Shown: positions 51,556-62,200 of the stretch, one piece after another
Numbering within the stretch: position 1 is the first letter of the stretch
Layout: the number at the start of each line of letters is the position of its first letter
Source of the DNA: Spirochaetota bacterium
GTDB lineage: Bacteria; Spirochaetota; UBA4802; UBA5550
Assembly: GCA_050298055.1 (NCBI GenBank)
Contig: JBNKTL010000013.1
Location: 5,979 to 69,978, forward strand
DNA length: 64,000 bases
Reading direction: 5' to 3'
Translations under genes and position numbers: made by a program
Notes under the pieces: model-generated
What the model saw: the letters and a program-made list of their open reading frames with translations, nothing else
Databases searched by the model: none
What the model was told of the DNA's origin: nothing

Positions 51556-52053
51556 CTATTCCTTATCAGGCTTATATGAAGAGAGCGCTTCGGAAACAAA
51601 ATTCCCCGCATCTTCAATATCAATTTTCTTTACCAGTGCTATTTCATGACAGAGAAGCTGATAAGCGTTCTCATACAGTTTCCTTTCCATAATTGAAAGT
51701 TCTTTTACCGAACCCCTCCTGAAAAGATCCCTGGCAACTTCCGCTACTTCAAAGATCGATCCGCTTTTTACTTTCTCTATATTGTTCTGGTATCTCTGCT
51801 TCCAGTCCTCTTCAAACTCAACCTTTCCCTTAGTTATGATCTTAACGACTTTTTTGATATCTTTCTTCGGGATGATGCTTCTGATACCGATAGTATCCGC
51901 ATTTTTCACAGGTATCATCACCTTCATACCGCTGTTTATGATTGTAAACAGATAATATTCTGCTTTTTTACCTAAAACAACCTTTTTCTCAATTGCTTCG
52001 ATTCTACCCACTCCATACATCGGATAGACTATTTCATCACCAACTTTATACAT
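51556..52053 (-). CDS. carD: CarD/CdnL RNA-polymerase-binding regulator
   Basis: YKVGDEIVYPMYGVG, WKQRY, AEVARDL. Confidence 0.92.
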   Translation of the reverse strand: MYKVGDEIVYPMYGVGRIEAIEKKVVLGKKAEYYLFTIINSGMKVMIPVKNADTIGIRSIIPKKDIKKVVKIITKGKVEFEEDWKQRYQNNIEKVKSGSIFEVAEVARDLFRRGSVKELSIMERKLYENAYQLLCHEIALVKKIDIEDAGNFVSEALSSYKPDKE

Positions 52054-52102
52054 ATTCTTCTCCCTGTCTTCTGTTCACTCAAGATCACTCATCTATAGTA
52101 AA

Positions 52103-52129
52103 CGGGTTTTAAATTTTATTAAAACCCGG
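52103..52129 (-). terminator. Hairpin downstream of PBP1A
   Basis: CGGGTTTTAA...TTAAAACCCG. Confidence 0.45.
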
Positions 52130-52135
52130 AAACAT

Positions 52136-54544
52136 TTATTCTTTTTCTTCCTTATCTTCATCATCGTAACCGGTAAGGCCTTCCTTTTCCATGTACCTCT
52201 CAATGACAGTCCTCATTTCGTAATGTTTTCCGTCACAGATTTTCCCTGTTCTGCCGCTTCCGGGAAGGCCATAACCTGAAGATATCTTTGTACAGTTCGG
52301 ACCGGGCAGGAGGCCTGTATAGGCGCACACACCCTTTCCCACTACACCCGGGGGAATAACGGGAAAAACGGGGTCTTTCATTCCGTTATATATCTCCCTC
52401 ATATAGTTGCCCCAGATTGGAGCGGCTACCGATGAACCTGCCTGGTGCTTTCCCAGCGACATAAACTGTTTGTCATAACCGACCCAGACTACCGCCGCAA
52501 CGTCACTGGTAAATCCGCAGAACCATGCGTCTGTCCAATTGGATGTTGTCCCGGTCTTTCCCGCGGCCCTTTTCGTGAATCTGGACTTGGTCCTCAAGGT
52601 AATTGATGCGGTTCCGTGGTTTACAACCTCCTCCATCAGTGTTCTCATGATGAAAGCGACCTGTTCGGATATGACCTGGATGGAGCCGTTAAGCTCTTTC
52701 AGGGCAATGACTTTACCCACTTCTTCTTCAATATTCAGGATCTCATTGCCGTCCCTGTCCGTTACATATCGTACGGCAAAGGGAATAACATCCCTTCCCC
52801 TGTTTGCGTATATCGCGTATGCCGTTGCTATCTCAAAGGGAGTCACCTCTGTTGAACCAAGTGCCAGTGACGGGTTGGGACTGAAACGTGACACGGGGAT
52901 CTTCAGCATCTTGGCCCCATAATCGATTATCTTTTCGGGACCTACAATATCATAGATCCTTACGGATATAATATTTATGGAATTGGCCAGCGCCCTCTTC
53001 ACGGAAACCATCCCCCTGAAATCACCTTCATAGTTGCTCGGGGACCATGAATCTCCCTGGGCATCGATGTCCATTATTGGAGCATCGGGAAGGACCGTTG
53101 CCGTGCTTATTCTCTTCGATTCAATTGCAGCTCCATAGACGAACGGCTTGAATGCCGAACCGGGCTGCCTCCGTGCCTGTACCGCCCTGTTATACTGGTT
53201 TGATACCTGGAACTCTGAACCTCCGATCATTGTGGTGATATAACCGGTCTTTGGTTCAATGGCCAGCAGCGCGCCCTCCACTTTCATTGATGTTGAAATT
53301 CCCGAAACAAGGGTCCTGAATGTTTCAAGAGAACTGTTTATCCCTGGACTGTCCACCAGGAGAGAGAGGATATCCGCAGAATCCACCATGGAATCTACCA
53401 TTCTTTTCTTGAACTTGGTTGTAATATCATTCCTGATAATAACACCCGGCAGACTGAAGATCAGCCTCATTGTATTATATGAACCTATGAGCCCTCTGTC
53501 AACAGCCTTGTTGTAGTATTCATTTGCAACCGAGGATATTTTGTTCTGTTCACTAATCCCTTCAGAGAGCTGTTTTACACCTATCTTCTGCCGCTTCAGA
53601 TCAAGTGTTGTGTAGACCTTGAGACCTCCCCCGTATACTTCATCCTTACCAAACCGGGAAATGAGAATCTGTCTCACATAGTCGGTAAAGTAGGGGGCGT
53701 TATCGATATTCTTCGATACTGCAGTTTTTGTGGGATACTCGGTTTTAATAGATTCAAGATACCCGGGCCAGAATTCCCGGAACAGCCTGTCTGCAAGTTG
53801 TTTCGGTAAAAATCCCGCATCAACCATCCTGTTGAAAGAGTCCCTGTTTTTATTATACGCTTCCTTAGGATACTTAAGAGGAGAGAAACCGCTCGGTTTT
53901 GACGGAAGAGCAGCCAAGAGCAGACTTTCTGTCACAGTCAGGTTCTTTACATCCTTGTCAAAGAAAAACTCTGCTGCGGCTGAAATACCATGACATCCAT
54001 GACCGAGATAAATCTGGTTGAGGTACATTTCAAGGATCTCATTTTTAGAGAACCGTTTTTCAATCTGAAATGCCAGAACCGCTTCCAGAGCTTTTCTGGC
54101 CACAGTCCTGTTACCCGAGGTAAAAAGTCTCTTTGCAAGCTGCTGTGTAATGGTGGAACCACCCTGTACAACGGTCAGCCTGCCTCTTTTAACGGACGCA
54201 ATCAGGTTCTTGAACATGGCCCGGGCAATTGAAACCGGGGCAATACCAAAATGATCATAGAAATCTCTGTCTTCAACAGCCAGGAAGGAATTTATCAGGC
54301 TTTGAGGAAGGTCCTCGAAAGAGACAAGGTCCCTCTTCTCCTGGAAGAGTTCCGCGATCAATTCCCCGTTAACATCGTAAAGCCTCGTGGGGATGCTGGG
54401 CTGGAACTTTTTCAGATTATCTATCCCGGAGTAATTTTTTATCTGGGCAGTTATATATCCAAAAATTGAACCGCCTGCTACAAGCAGGAGAGCAATGAGA
54501 ACCAGTGCCGTTCTTTCAATAATTATTCTTTTTCTCTTGTTCAT
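52136..54544 (-). CDS. Penicillin-binding protein 1A
   Basis: EDRDFYDHFG, GGSTITQQL, SAFK, SIN, KTG; ATG at 54544 preferred as start. Confidence 0.95.
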   Translation of the reverse strand: MNKRKRIIIERTALVLIALLLVAGGSIFGYITAQIKNYSGIDNLKKFQPSIPTRLYDVNGELIAELFQEKRDLVSFEDLPQSLINSFLAVEDRDFYDHFGIAPVSIARAMFKNLIASVKRGRLTVVQGGSTITQQLAKRLFTSGNRTVARKALEAVLAFQIEKRFSKNEILEMYLNQIYLGHGCHGISAAAEFFFDKDVKNLTVTESLLLAALPSKPSGFSPLKYPKEAYNKNRDSFNRMVDAGFLPKQLADRLFREFWPGYLESIKTEYPTKTAVSKNIDNAPYFTDYVRQILISRFGKDEVYGGGLKVYTTLDLKRQKIGVKQLSEGISEQNKISSVANEYYNKAVDRGLIGSYNTMRLIFSLPGVIIRNDITTKFKKRMVDSMVDSADILSLLVDSPGINSSLETFRTLVSGISTSMKVEGALLAIEPKTGYITTMIGGSEFQVSNQYNRAVQARRQPGSAFKPFVYGAAIESKRISTATVLPDAPIMDIDAQGDSWSPSNYEGDFRGMVSVKRALANSINIISVRIYDIVGPEKIIDYGAKMLKIPVSRFSPNPSLALGSTEVTPFEIATAYAIYANRGRDVIPFAVRYVTDRDGNEILNIEEEVGKVIALKELNGSIQVISEQVAFIMRTLMEEVVNHGTASITLRTKSRFTKRAAGKTGTTSNWTDAWFCGFTSDVAAVVWVGYDKQFMSLGKHQAGSSVAAPIWGNYMREIYNGMKDPVFPVIPPGVVGKGVCAYTGLLPGPNCTKISSGYGLPGSGRTGKICDGKHYEMRTVIERYMEKEGLTGYDDEDKEEKE

Positions 54545-54700
54545 TATTCGTAGATTATTCTCTCTGTTAAAATGACCTGAATTTCCCGTCAGCAAACTAC
54601 AAATTTACAAAAAAATAAATAAACGGAAAATTATCAATAAAAAATCATTCAATTAATTAAATTTCGCAACTAATAAACTCTATAGTAAGAATAATCTTCA

Positions 54701-54826
54701 TCAGCTATAAAATCATATCCATGAAAAAACATAACTGATATATCCCCGCCGCCCAGGGCGGCGGGGATATATTGTTTATATTTTAGTGTAAACAAGTCTA
54801 TTTTGGTCATATAGCTGAATAGTTAC
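54701..54826. mobile_element. MITE/REP family A copy
   Basis: TCAGCTATA...ATATATCCCCGCCGCCCAGGGCGGCGGGGATATAT...ATAGCTGAATAGTTAC. Confidence 0.78.
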
Positions 54827-54834
54827 TTTTCATC

Positions 54835-55041
54835 TTATTCTTGGCCTTTCACAAGTCTTATGATGTAAACCAGAAGAAAGAGTGCAGCAAGTCCGATCAA
54901 TGCCCAGATGATAACAGAAAAAAGTGCACCGACCACAAAACCGAGTAATTTCAGCAGAAAGGGAAGTACATACGCAAGAAATATATAGAGGGCCGCAATT
55001 GCTCCAAGAAGGTATATGACCTTTTTTATCGTTTCATTCAT
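54835..55041 (-). CDS. Small 2-TM membrane protein
   Basis: 68-aa ORF, GGAG RBS, two hydrophobic helices. Confidence 0.65.
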   Translation of the reverse strand: MNETIKKVIYLLGAIAALYIFLAYVLPFLLKLLGFVVGALFSVIIWALIGLAALFLLVYIIRLVKGQE

Positions 55042-55261
55042 ATTCTTGCTCCAGTTTCTCTCTTAATAAAAACACTGTTTGTTACTACTCAGCAATGCTT
55101 AAATAAGCATATTCATCGAAAACATAACGGTTAATATTTATTCTAAATAAATTATTCTCGTCATAGAGCTGAGCAAATATTATTAATTATTCAAAAATAT
55201 ATCAGAAAAACTCTCTTTCCCCATAATTTACTTATGTAATAAAAAGAATTATCAAGTCTAG

Positions 55262-55361
55262 TGCTGAGCCCGCGTGATTTTGTACTAATCTGTTTTTGTA
55301 ACCCCTGGTTCATTAAGTGGTTATATTTTTATAATGAGTTAAAAATCACGCAGTCGAAGTA
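55262..55361. mobile_element. MITE family B, copy 3, flanked by CTAG on both sides
   Basis: CTAG-TGCTGAGCCCGCGTGATTTT...AAAATCACGCAGTCGAAGTA-CTAG. Confidence 0.85.
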
Positions 55362-56495
55362 CTAGGGACGTTCCGTAACCTTAACATTAAGGTTAACAAC
55401 TCTCCTGTCCCTCCATACCGAGACCCTGACTGTTTTCCCAATTGGGGTCTCTCCGATTTTATTGAGCAGATCACGATATCCTTTTATCTTCTTCCCGTCA
55501 AGTTTAAGGATGACATCCCCCACACGGATTCCTCCTCTCTCTGCAGGGCTGCCTGATATTATCTCTCCCACAAGAGTACCGTCCGTAGAATCGAGACCAA
55601 GCTGTTTCGCATACTTCTCATTCAGCTCAATAATCGTAATACCGAAATATCCTCTTTTGACCTTTCCAAATTTTTTCAGCTGGTTAAGTATTGAATGGGC
55701 AATATTGATCGGTATTGCGAACCCTATACCCATATATCCTCCGCTCTTTGAGTAAATCATCCTGTTTATTCCGATAACTTCTCCATATATATTGATCAAC
55801 GGCCCACCCGAATTTCCCGGATTAATAGAAGCATCTGTCTGTAAATGAGACCCGCCCATCATATCAACATCGTTCCTGCCAATGGCGCTTATGACACCCA
55901 CGGTAAAAGTCCTGTCCAGACCGAAGGGATTTCCAATTGCTACCGCCCAGTCACCTACCATGACATCATCGGAGTTTCCGAAATATGCGGGTTTCAGTTC
56001 AGCATTTGATTTTATCTTTATCAGGGCAACATCTGTCCTCTCATCGGAACCTATCACTGTGGCCTCAAAATGTTTGTCGTTTATTTTTACAAAGACCTTA
56101 TCAACACCGCTTACAACATGGTGATTTGTGCATATGTAACCATCCTTTGATATGACAAAACCGGTACCCAGCCCTGTACGTTTCTGAACACGGGACCCAC
56201 TTCGTCTGCCGAAGAACTCCCTGAAAAAGGGATCATTAATATATGGATGAGAAGGGACCCTTACAAGCTGTTCTGTTGTAATGAATACCACACTATCCTT
56301 GTATAGGGTGAAAATTTCCCTGAAGGTATTCTGTATCTCCTCAGCCTTGACTGTTTTCTCACTTCCTTTTAACGGTGAACTATTGCTGTTACCAAATACG
56401 CCTGAAAAATCATGCCTCTGGCAGGAAAACTGGTTGCCGAAGAAAAATGCCGATACAAGGAGAATAACAATAATGGGATAGGCCTGTTTTTTCAT
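55362..56495 (-). CDS. HtrA/DegP-family serine protease with one PDZ domain
   Basis: TNHHV, DVAL, GNSGGPL, PDZ. Confidence 0.95.
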   Translation of the reverse strand: MKKQAYPIIVILLVSAFFFGNQFSCQRHDFSGVFGNSNSSPLKGSEKTVKAEEIQNTFREIFTLYKDSVVFITTEQLVRVPSHPYINDPFFREFFGRRSGSRVQKRTGLGTGFVISKDGYICTNHHVVSGVDKVFVKINDKHFEATVIGSDERTDVALIKIKSNAELKPAYFGNSDDVMVGDWAVAIGNPFGLDRTFTVGVISAIGRNDVDMMGGSHLQTDASINPGNSGGPLINIYGEVIGINRMIYSKSGGYMGIGFAIPINIAHSILNQLKKFGKVKRGYFGITIIELNEKYAKQLGLDSTDGTLVGEIISGSPAERGGIRVGDVILKLDGKKIKGYRDLLNKIGETPIGKTVRVSVWRDRRVVNLNVKVTERP

Positions 56496-56534
56496 GACAT
56501 AACTCCAAATAATTTTAGGTTTAAAAGTCTTTTT

Positions 56535-56735
56535 TTACTCAAAAGGATGTTTTTTATATCGCATTTCACTTTTTTTTTCTTTCTCTATCTCTTCCCTGAA
56601 AATATATTTATCATTGAGCGAACCATCAAGATTGAAATTCTTTATATCAATACGGTTCGGTTTGGTATCTTCACTACAGCATGCAAAATTTATCGTAGTG
56701 AATAAAAGGATTTGAAATAACAGGAAGAGTTTCAT
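56535..56735 (-). CDS. Small hypothetical exported protein
   Basis: 66-aa ORF co-oriented with neighbours; signal-like N-terminus. Confidence 0.4.
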   Translation of the reverse strand: MKLFLLFQILLFTTINFACCSEDTKPNRIDIKNFNLDGSLNDKYIFREEIEKEKKSEMRYKKHPFE

Positions 56736-56794
56736 AATCAGTTTATTCCATAAATATACAAACAGAGAGGGATTGAAGTTCTCCTATAAGATTA

Positions 56795-57244
56795 TTAAAA
56801 AACCTTTTTGCTGTCAATCAATATAGTGACCGGGCCGTCATTAATTAATCTGACTTTCATATCAGCACCAAAAAGTCCCGTTTTTACACCGGGAAATTTG
56901 ACTTTAAAGTGATCAATGAATTCCACAAAAAAATGCTCCGCTTTATGGGGCGGCATGGCACCGGCATAGGAGGGTCTGTTCCCCTTATGGGCATTTCCAT
57001 ACAGGGTAAATTGCGATACGAGAAGAACCTCTCCCCCCGTGTCTTTAAGAGAGAGGTTCATTATACCGTTACTGTCGTTGAAAATCCTGAGATTTATGAT
57101 CTTATTGGTCATATAGTCCCTGTCTTTTTCTGTATCTTCGGGATGCAGTCCAATAAGCACAAGAAGTCCTTCTCTTATTTCTGACATAGTGCTTCCGCTT
57201 ACATCAACGGCAGCACTTTTTACTCTTTGGATTACAGCTCGCAT
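56795..57244 (-). CDS. dtd: D-aminoacyl-tRNA deacylase
   Basis: MRAVIQRV, SQFTL, NDGPVT. Confidence 0.96.
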   Translation of the reverse strand: MRAVIQRVKSAAVDVSGSTMSEIREGLLVLIGLHPEDTEKDRDYMTNKIINLRIFNDSNGIMNLSLKDTGGEVLLVSQFTLYGNAHKGNRPSYAGAMPPHKAEHFFVEFIDHFKVKFPGVKTGLFGADMKVRLINDGPVTILIDSKKVF

Positions 57245-57257
57245 TTTCAGCGAGATA

Positions 57258-57572
57258 CTACTTAAGTTTTTCTCTTAATACGTCTTCAGGCTGTACTCCG
57301 ACAAATCTCTCCTGCTCTTTTCCGTCCTTGAAAAGTATAAGTGTGGGTATTGACACAATCCCCATCTTCTGGGCAATGGACGGGTTGTCATCTGTATTCA
57401 GCTTGGCGATTTTTACATCTATGCTATTATCCCCAGAAAGCTTCTCAAGTATCGGTGTCTGCATTCTGCAGGGCCCGCACCAGGGAGCCCAGAAATCCAC
57501 AAGGACCCTCCCTTCAGCGTTCACTACGTCAGTATCAAAATTGTCATTGGTTAATTCAATAATTGAACTCAT
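57258..57572 (-). CDS. trxA: Thioredoxin
   Basis: DFWAPWCGPC, SIPT. Confidence 0.96.
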   Translation of the reverse strand: MSSIIELTNDNFDTDVVNAEGRVLVDFWAPWCGPCRMQTPILEKLSGDNSIDVKIAKLNTDDNPSIAQKMGIVSIPTLILFKDGKEQERFVGVQPEDVLREKLK

Positions 57573-57581
57573 ACATCTCTC

Positions 57582-58274
57582 CTATTGTTTTAAAAAGTCT
57601 TTCCCTCTGGATCGTCTGATATAATACTTTTCGATATCATCAATTTTATCATGTACTAATTCAGAATCATTAATTATTTTTTCAATGATTTTTTTCGATT
57701 TTCTATCCAGTATACTCAGTTTCATGGAATCGATTTTTCCGTTCCTGTACCTGAGGTAAAAATGCCCGATTTGCATCGGTTTCCCTGTCCCCGGATTAAC
57801 TTCGTATTCAATTATTCTCCGGGTATTGAGTTTCCCATCGCTGTATTCATACTGATCGAGGCCAAATATGATAATCTTGTTCAGGGACTTTTCACGTTCG
57901 TAGTATTCAATACGAATCTGTTTGTTATTTGTATAGTAGTATTTAATCATACCCGTATTTAACCGCTTTTCATTTTTAAAGATAAAGAATGAAAGCTTTA
58001 CCAGGTTGTTAGCCTCAAAAGAGTATTCTTCTTCTTTGTAAGGGACGAGCCTGTTCCCGGACCTGATCTTATAAATTATCCGGGATGGATTGTGCGAATT
58101 TCCGTAATACTTAATTTCTTCGGATTTGCTGATAAGATTTCCTTTGTAATAGAAAACGCTTGAAACCCTGTCAAGGTTGTCCTTTTTTTCAAAAACCCTG
58201 ATTTTCATGCCTGAGCAGTTAACAAATACGAACAGGGAAAACAATATGGTTAATTTCAGAAAATTCACAATCAC
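57582..58274 (-). CDS. Hypothetical lipoprotein
   Basis: FVNC spirochaete-style lipobox; Tyr-rich beta strands. Confidence 0.65.
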   Translation of the reverse strand: MIVNFLKLTILFSLFVFVNCSGMKIRVFEKKDNLDRVSSVFYYKGNLISKSEEIKYYGNSHNPSRIIYKIRSGNRLVPYKEEEYSFEANNLVKLSFFIFKNEKRLNTGMIKYYYTNNKQIRIEYYEREKSLNKIIIFGLDQYEYSDGKLNTRRIIEYEVNPGTGKPMQIGHFYLRYRNGKIDSMKLSILDRKSKKIIEKIINDSELVHDKIDDIEKYYIRRSRGKDFLKQ

Positions 58275-58633
58275 TCCTCAGAATTTGAACAAGCTATAAT
58301 ATTACCCTGAACTTGACAAGGATTTTACTTTATTTTATGGCATGAGAATATACAGATCATTTTGTCACTGCCCTCCTCATGACAGATCGAATTTAATACA
58401 TTTCCGTCTCATTCTCTGAGAATTTACATTTTAAATAAATACATTTAAAAAAACAAAACTTATATCTCCCCTCCCCCTGCGGCGGCGGAGACATATTGTA
58501 AATATTTATGTAAATATGATTTTCTTATTTTACCTTTATAGAAATAATAAAAAACTGCCGATAATTTATTATATTATTACGAGTAGAAAAAAATTATCTT
58601 TGATATTATCAACATCACTGTACAGGTGTTAAA

Positions 58634-59209
58634 ATGAAAAAATACGCTATTTTCGCCATAATCATCTTTTCCGCGTGTCATCTCTTTTCACAAAATGTGA
58701 AGAAGGATACAAAAGATGCAAAAGAAAAGAGAACTGAAAAAAAACAGCTTCCCGATGGTTTTGACAGCATTAAGTGGGGAACCACGCTCAGTGATGCCAA
58801 AAAAAATATCAGAGGAAAGATCTATTTTACCGATGACAGGGAAATCATCATTACAAAAGACGGGGAACTGGAATACAAATATGGGTTTTTCTTTGATGGC
58901 AAAGGAACAGAGGGTAAGTTTTTTTATCTTGCGGTCAGTTTTCCCTACCTGGCATTCAAAGATACCAGGGAAAAATTGGAAATGAACTATGGATCTCCCA
59001 CAGCTGAAAATATCAATAAAAACCAGGGATCTATCGCGTGGGACTCGGAGAAGACGATAATAATCCTTCAGGTTGACAGGTATGAGAAGAAACCTTATAC
59101 CAAGAGAATTGTCTATGTGAGCAAAGAAATTATTAAGGAAGTCAATGAATTCCAGACATCAATTTTTAATAAAGCTGAAATTGAAACAATCAAAAAGATG
59201 AAGCCCTGA
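58634..59209 (+). CDS. Hypothetical exported protein
   Basis: Signal peptide; GFDSIKWG motif. Confidence 0.65.
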   Translation: MKKYAIFAIIIFSACHLFSQNVKKDTKDAKEKRTEKKQLPDGFDSIKWGTTLSDAKKNIRGKIYFTDDREIIITKDGELEYKYGFFFDGKGTEGKFFYLAVSFPYLAFKDTREKLEMNYGSPTAENINKNQGSIAWDSEKTIIILQVDRYEKKPYTKRIVYVSKEIIKEVNEFQTSIFNKAEIETIKKMKP

Positions 59210-59224
59210 TTCTTCTGAAAAGCC

Positions 59225-62200
59225 TCATTTCATCGAGAGAAAAACCGGGATAACTCCTATGCCCTCACCAAGCCCGTCAAGAGCTTTCCCAATCACAGTT
59301 CCAACTTTATTAAAAGAGTCAATATCACCCGCCATTCCACAGCCGGGTGTATTTGATGTTACGATGAGATCTCCCGGCGTTACAGGCCTGTTCCTCGCAT
59401 CAACCTTACACATAACCTTACCCGCCAGCGCAACCGGGTAAAGTTTTTCTTTCTTTCCTGAATTATTCATGATAAGAGCCGGGTTCCCTGCTACCACACC
59501 TATAACTCTTCTGTCATATTCATTTCTCGAATGTGAAAGAACAGAATTTCCCGTTTCACTGACTATAAGCAGATCACCGGAAGAGATAAATTCTTCATTA
59601 TCAATTTCAAACATCTCCACAATAGACCCTGATAAAAGTTTGTCATCCCGGCTGTTAAGATAGATCTCCCCGTTAATGACAGTTTTACCGTTAACAAGAA
59701 GAGCATCTCCGTTTCCCATGAGATTTACATTTTTCTCATAATCACCGATTTTTCCGTATCCGTCAGCTACAAGAGAGTAACTGTGTTCACTGGAAAAAAC
59801 TCCCCCCGGGCCGAACCTCGATATCCCCAGGACACCGCACCCCCTGGTCTTTTCTCCGCCGGGAGATTCCCCCCTGACGCCAATATGCCTGCTGTAACCC
59901 ACGACCCCGTATGACTTGATCTCCTTATCCGTTGACACCCCCGCCACACCGCTGATTCCCACGGAACCGTCTTTGTCAGAATCATTTACTCCCTGTATTA
60001 TTGACGAGTTTTCCGGCGGCGGAACAATCTCGCCGAATATTTCACTCCTGGATTCCTTTATGGAGAGTGTTCCCGAATGACTGTTGAAGTCATGATCAAG
60101 AGGAGCGTAATCATGGTCATGAGGGAGCGGTTCTCTGGAATCAGACAGCCGGGAATCATCAGCCAGGACCGCAGCATTCTTTACTTTCTTTCCGTTTTGA
60201 GCAAAGGTAACAATTCCAAAACTCCCGGTTGATGCTTTTTTCAGCCTTTTGTCATTTCCCTGGACAGCCACTCCTTCACTCTCTTCACCATCCTCGGCAA
60301 GTTCTACAATGCCTTTATATGTGGTTGTGGCATCCCTGAGCCTTTTATCATTTCCCTGGACGGCAACTCCTTCACTCTCCTCACCATCCTCGGCAAGTTC
60401 CACAATACCCTTTGTTGTGGTTGTGGCATCCTTTAACCTTTTATCATTACCCTGGACTGCCGCAAGCTGACTTGTCTCACCATTTGATGCAAACCTGATT
60501 ATTCCTTTTGCCTTTTCGCTTGCGTCCCTGAGCCTGTGATCATCACCCTGGACAGCCACACCTGACTTAACCTCGCCGTTTTCCGCAAGTTCCACGATAC
60601 CCTTTGAACCCACTGTGGCGTCCTTGAGCCTGCTGTCATTTCCCTGGACAGCCACACCTTCACCGGTCTCACCGTCTTCCGCAAGTTCAACGATGCCTTT
60701 GAATGTGGTGGTGGCATCCTTTAACCTTTTGTCATTACCCTGAACAGCAGTAAACGGCTCTTCCTCCCCGTCCCGGGCAAACCTTAAGATCCCCCGGGAA
60801 ACTTCCGTTGCATCTTTGAGCCTGCTGTCATTTCCCTGGACAACAGTCCCCGGCATATCTTCACCGTCTTCCGCAAGTTCCACGATACCCTTTGAACCCA
60901 CTGTGGCGTCCTTGAGCCTGTTATCATCACTCTGTACCACAACACCGGGTTTAACTTCACCATTCTCGGCAAGTTCCACAATACCCTTTGAGCCGGTTGT
61001 GGCGTCTTTCAGTCTTCGATCACTGCCCTGGACCACAGTTTCCGGCGTATCCTCGCCATCCTCGGCAAGTTCAATAATCCCTTTTGAATGAGTTGTTGCG
61101 TTCTTAAGCCGTTTATCATTCCCCTGGACAGCTGTTCCCGGATTCTCCTCTCCATCCTCGGCAAGCTTCACTATCCCGGGAAATTGAGTGGTGGCATTTC
61201 GAAGCCTTCTGTCATTCCCCTGTACAACAGTTCCCGGATCATTCCCGCCGTCCCGTGCCAGCCTGCATATCCCGTAATCATTTTCTCCCGCTTTCTTTAA
61301 CCGTCTGTCACTTCCCCGGACAACACCATAAATTGACTCATCCCCATCCGGACAGAGCTTAACAATTCCAAAACTCTCTTCCGTTGCTTCCTGCAGTCTC
61401 GAATCGCTCCCCTGTACCGCCGTTCCCTGCTTGTTCTCTCTGTCATAGGCAAACCTGACAATGCCCGGCTTCTCATCAGTTGCTTCTTTCAACCGGGAAT
61501 CCGACGCCTGAACCACAAGACCTTCCGTTTCATCGCTGTCACCTGCAAGCTGCACGATTCCCTTAAAAACCGTGGTGGCGCATCTCAGCCTCCTGTCACT
61601 CCCCTGTACCACAGCTGCCGACGAATCATCACCATCCTTTGCAAGCCTGACTATACCCGACTGAAAAATAGACGCATAGGGAACAAGGTCCCCCACATTA
61701 TGGGTATGTGACGGATTGGGCACCGCGGAAAATATCCTGATCTCTGAAACCTTCACAGAGTATTTATCACTGTTATTCTTTACGCTGTCCGTATCAATCC
61801 TTATATACCTGGCCGGTGTAATATCAAAGTCCCAAAAATATTTCTGGTTTTTTTCGGATTTAAAGCCCTTCTCTTCAAAGAGCCGTATCCACACGTTCCT
61901 GTCCGTACTTGTATCAAAAGTGAAATTTTCGGGAAAACCCGAATCTGCCGAACCGAGGATTATTCTGTTAATATGTTCAACCTTTCCAAGATCAATACTT
62001 AAATATTCCCTTGACGCCGATGATTTTTCCTCCGATTCCCAGAATGTGTCCATATTGTTATCGACCAGGTTCTCCGGCCTGCTGTCACCTGACGAACTGC
62101 TTGATGCTATCTCGCTGATGCCGGAAATGCCCACATTGCACCGTGCAATCTCAGAGTAGTAGAGGGAATTGTTCCTGTTGTGGTCCGTTATCAGAAGTTT

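Noticed and set aside
60140..61675. 96-bp repeats as CRISPR, DGR or prophage evidence
   Set aside because: They are in-frame coding repeats; no reverse transcriptase, cas, integrase or phage structural genes are present.
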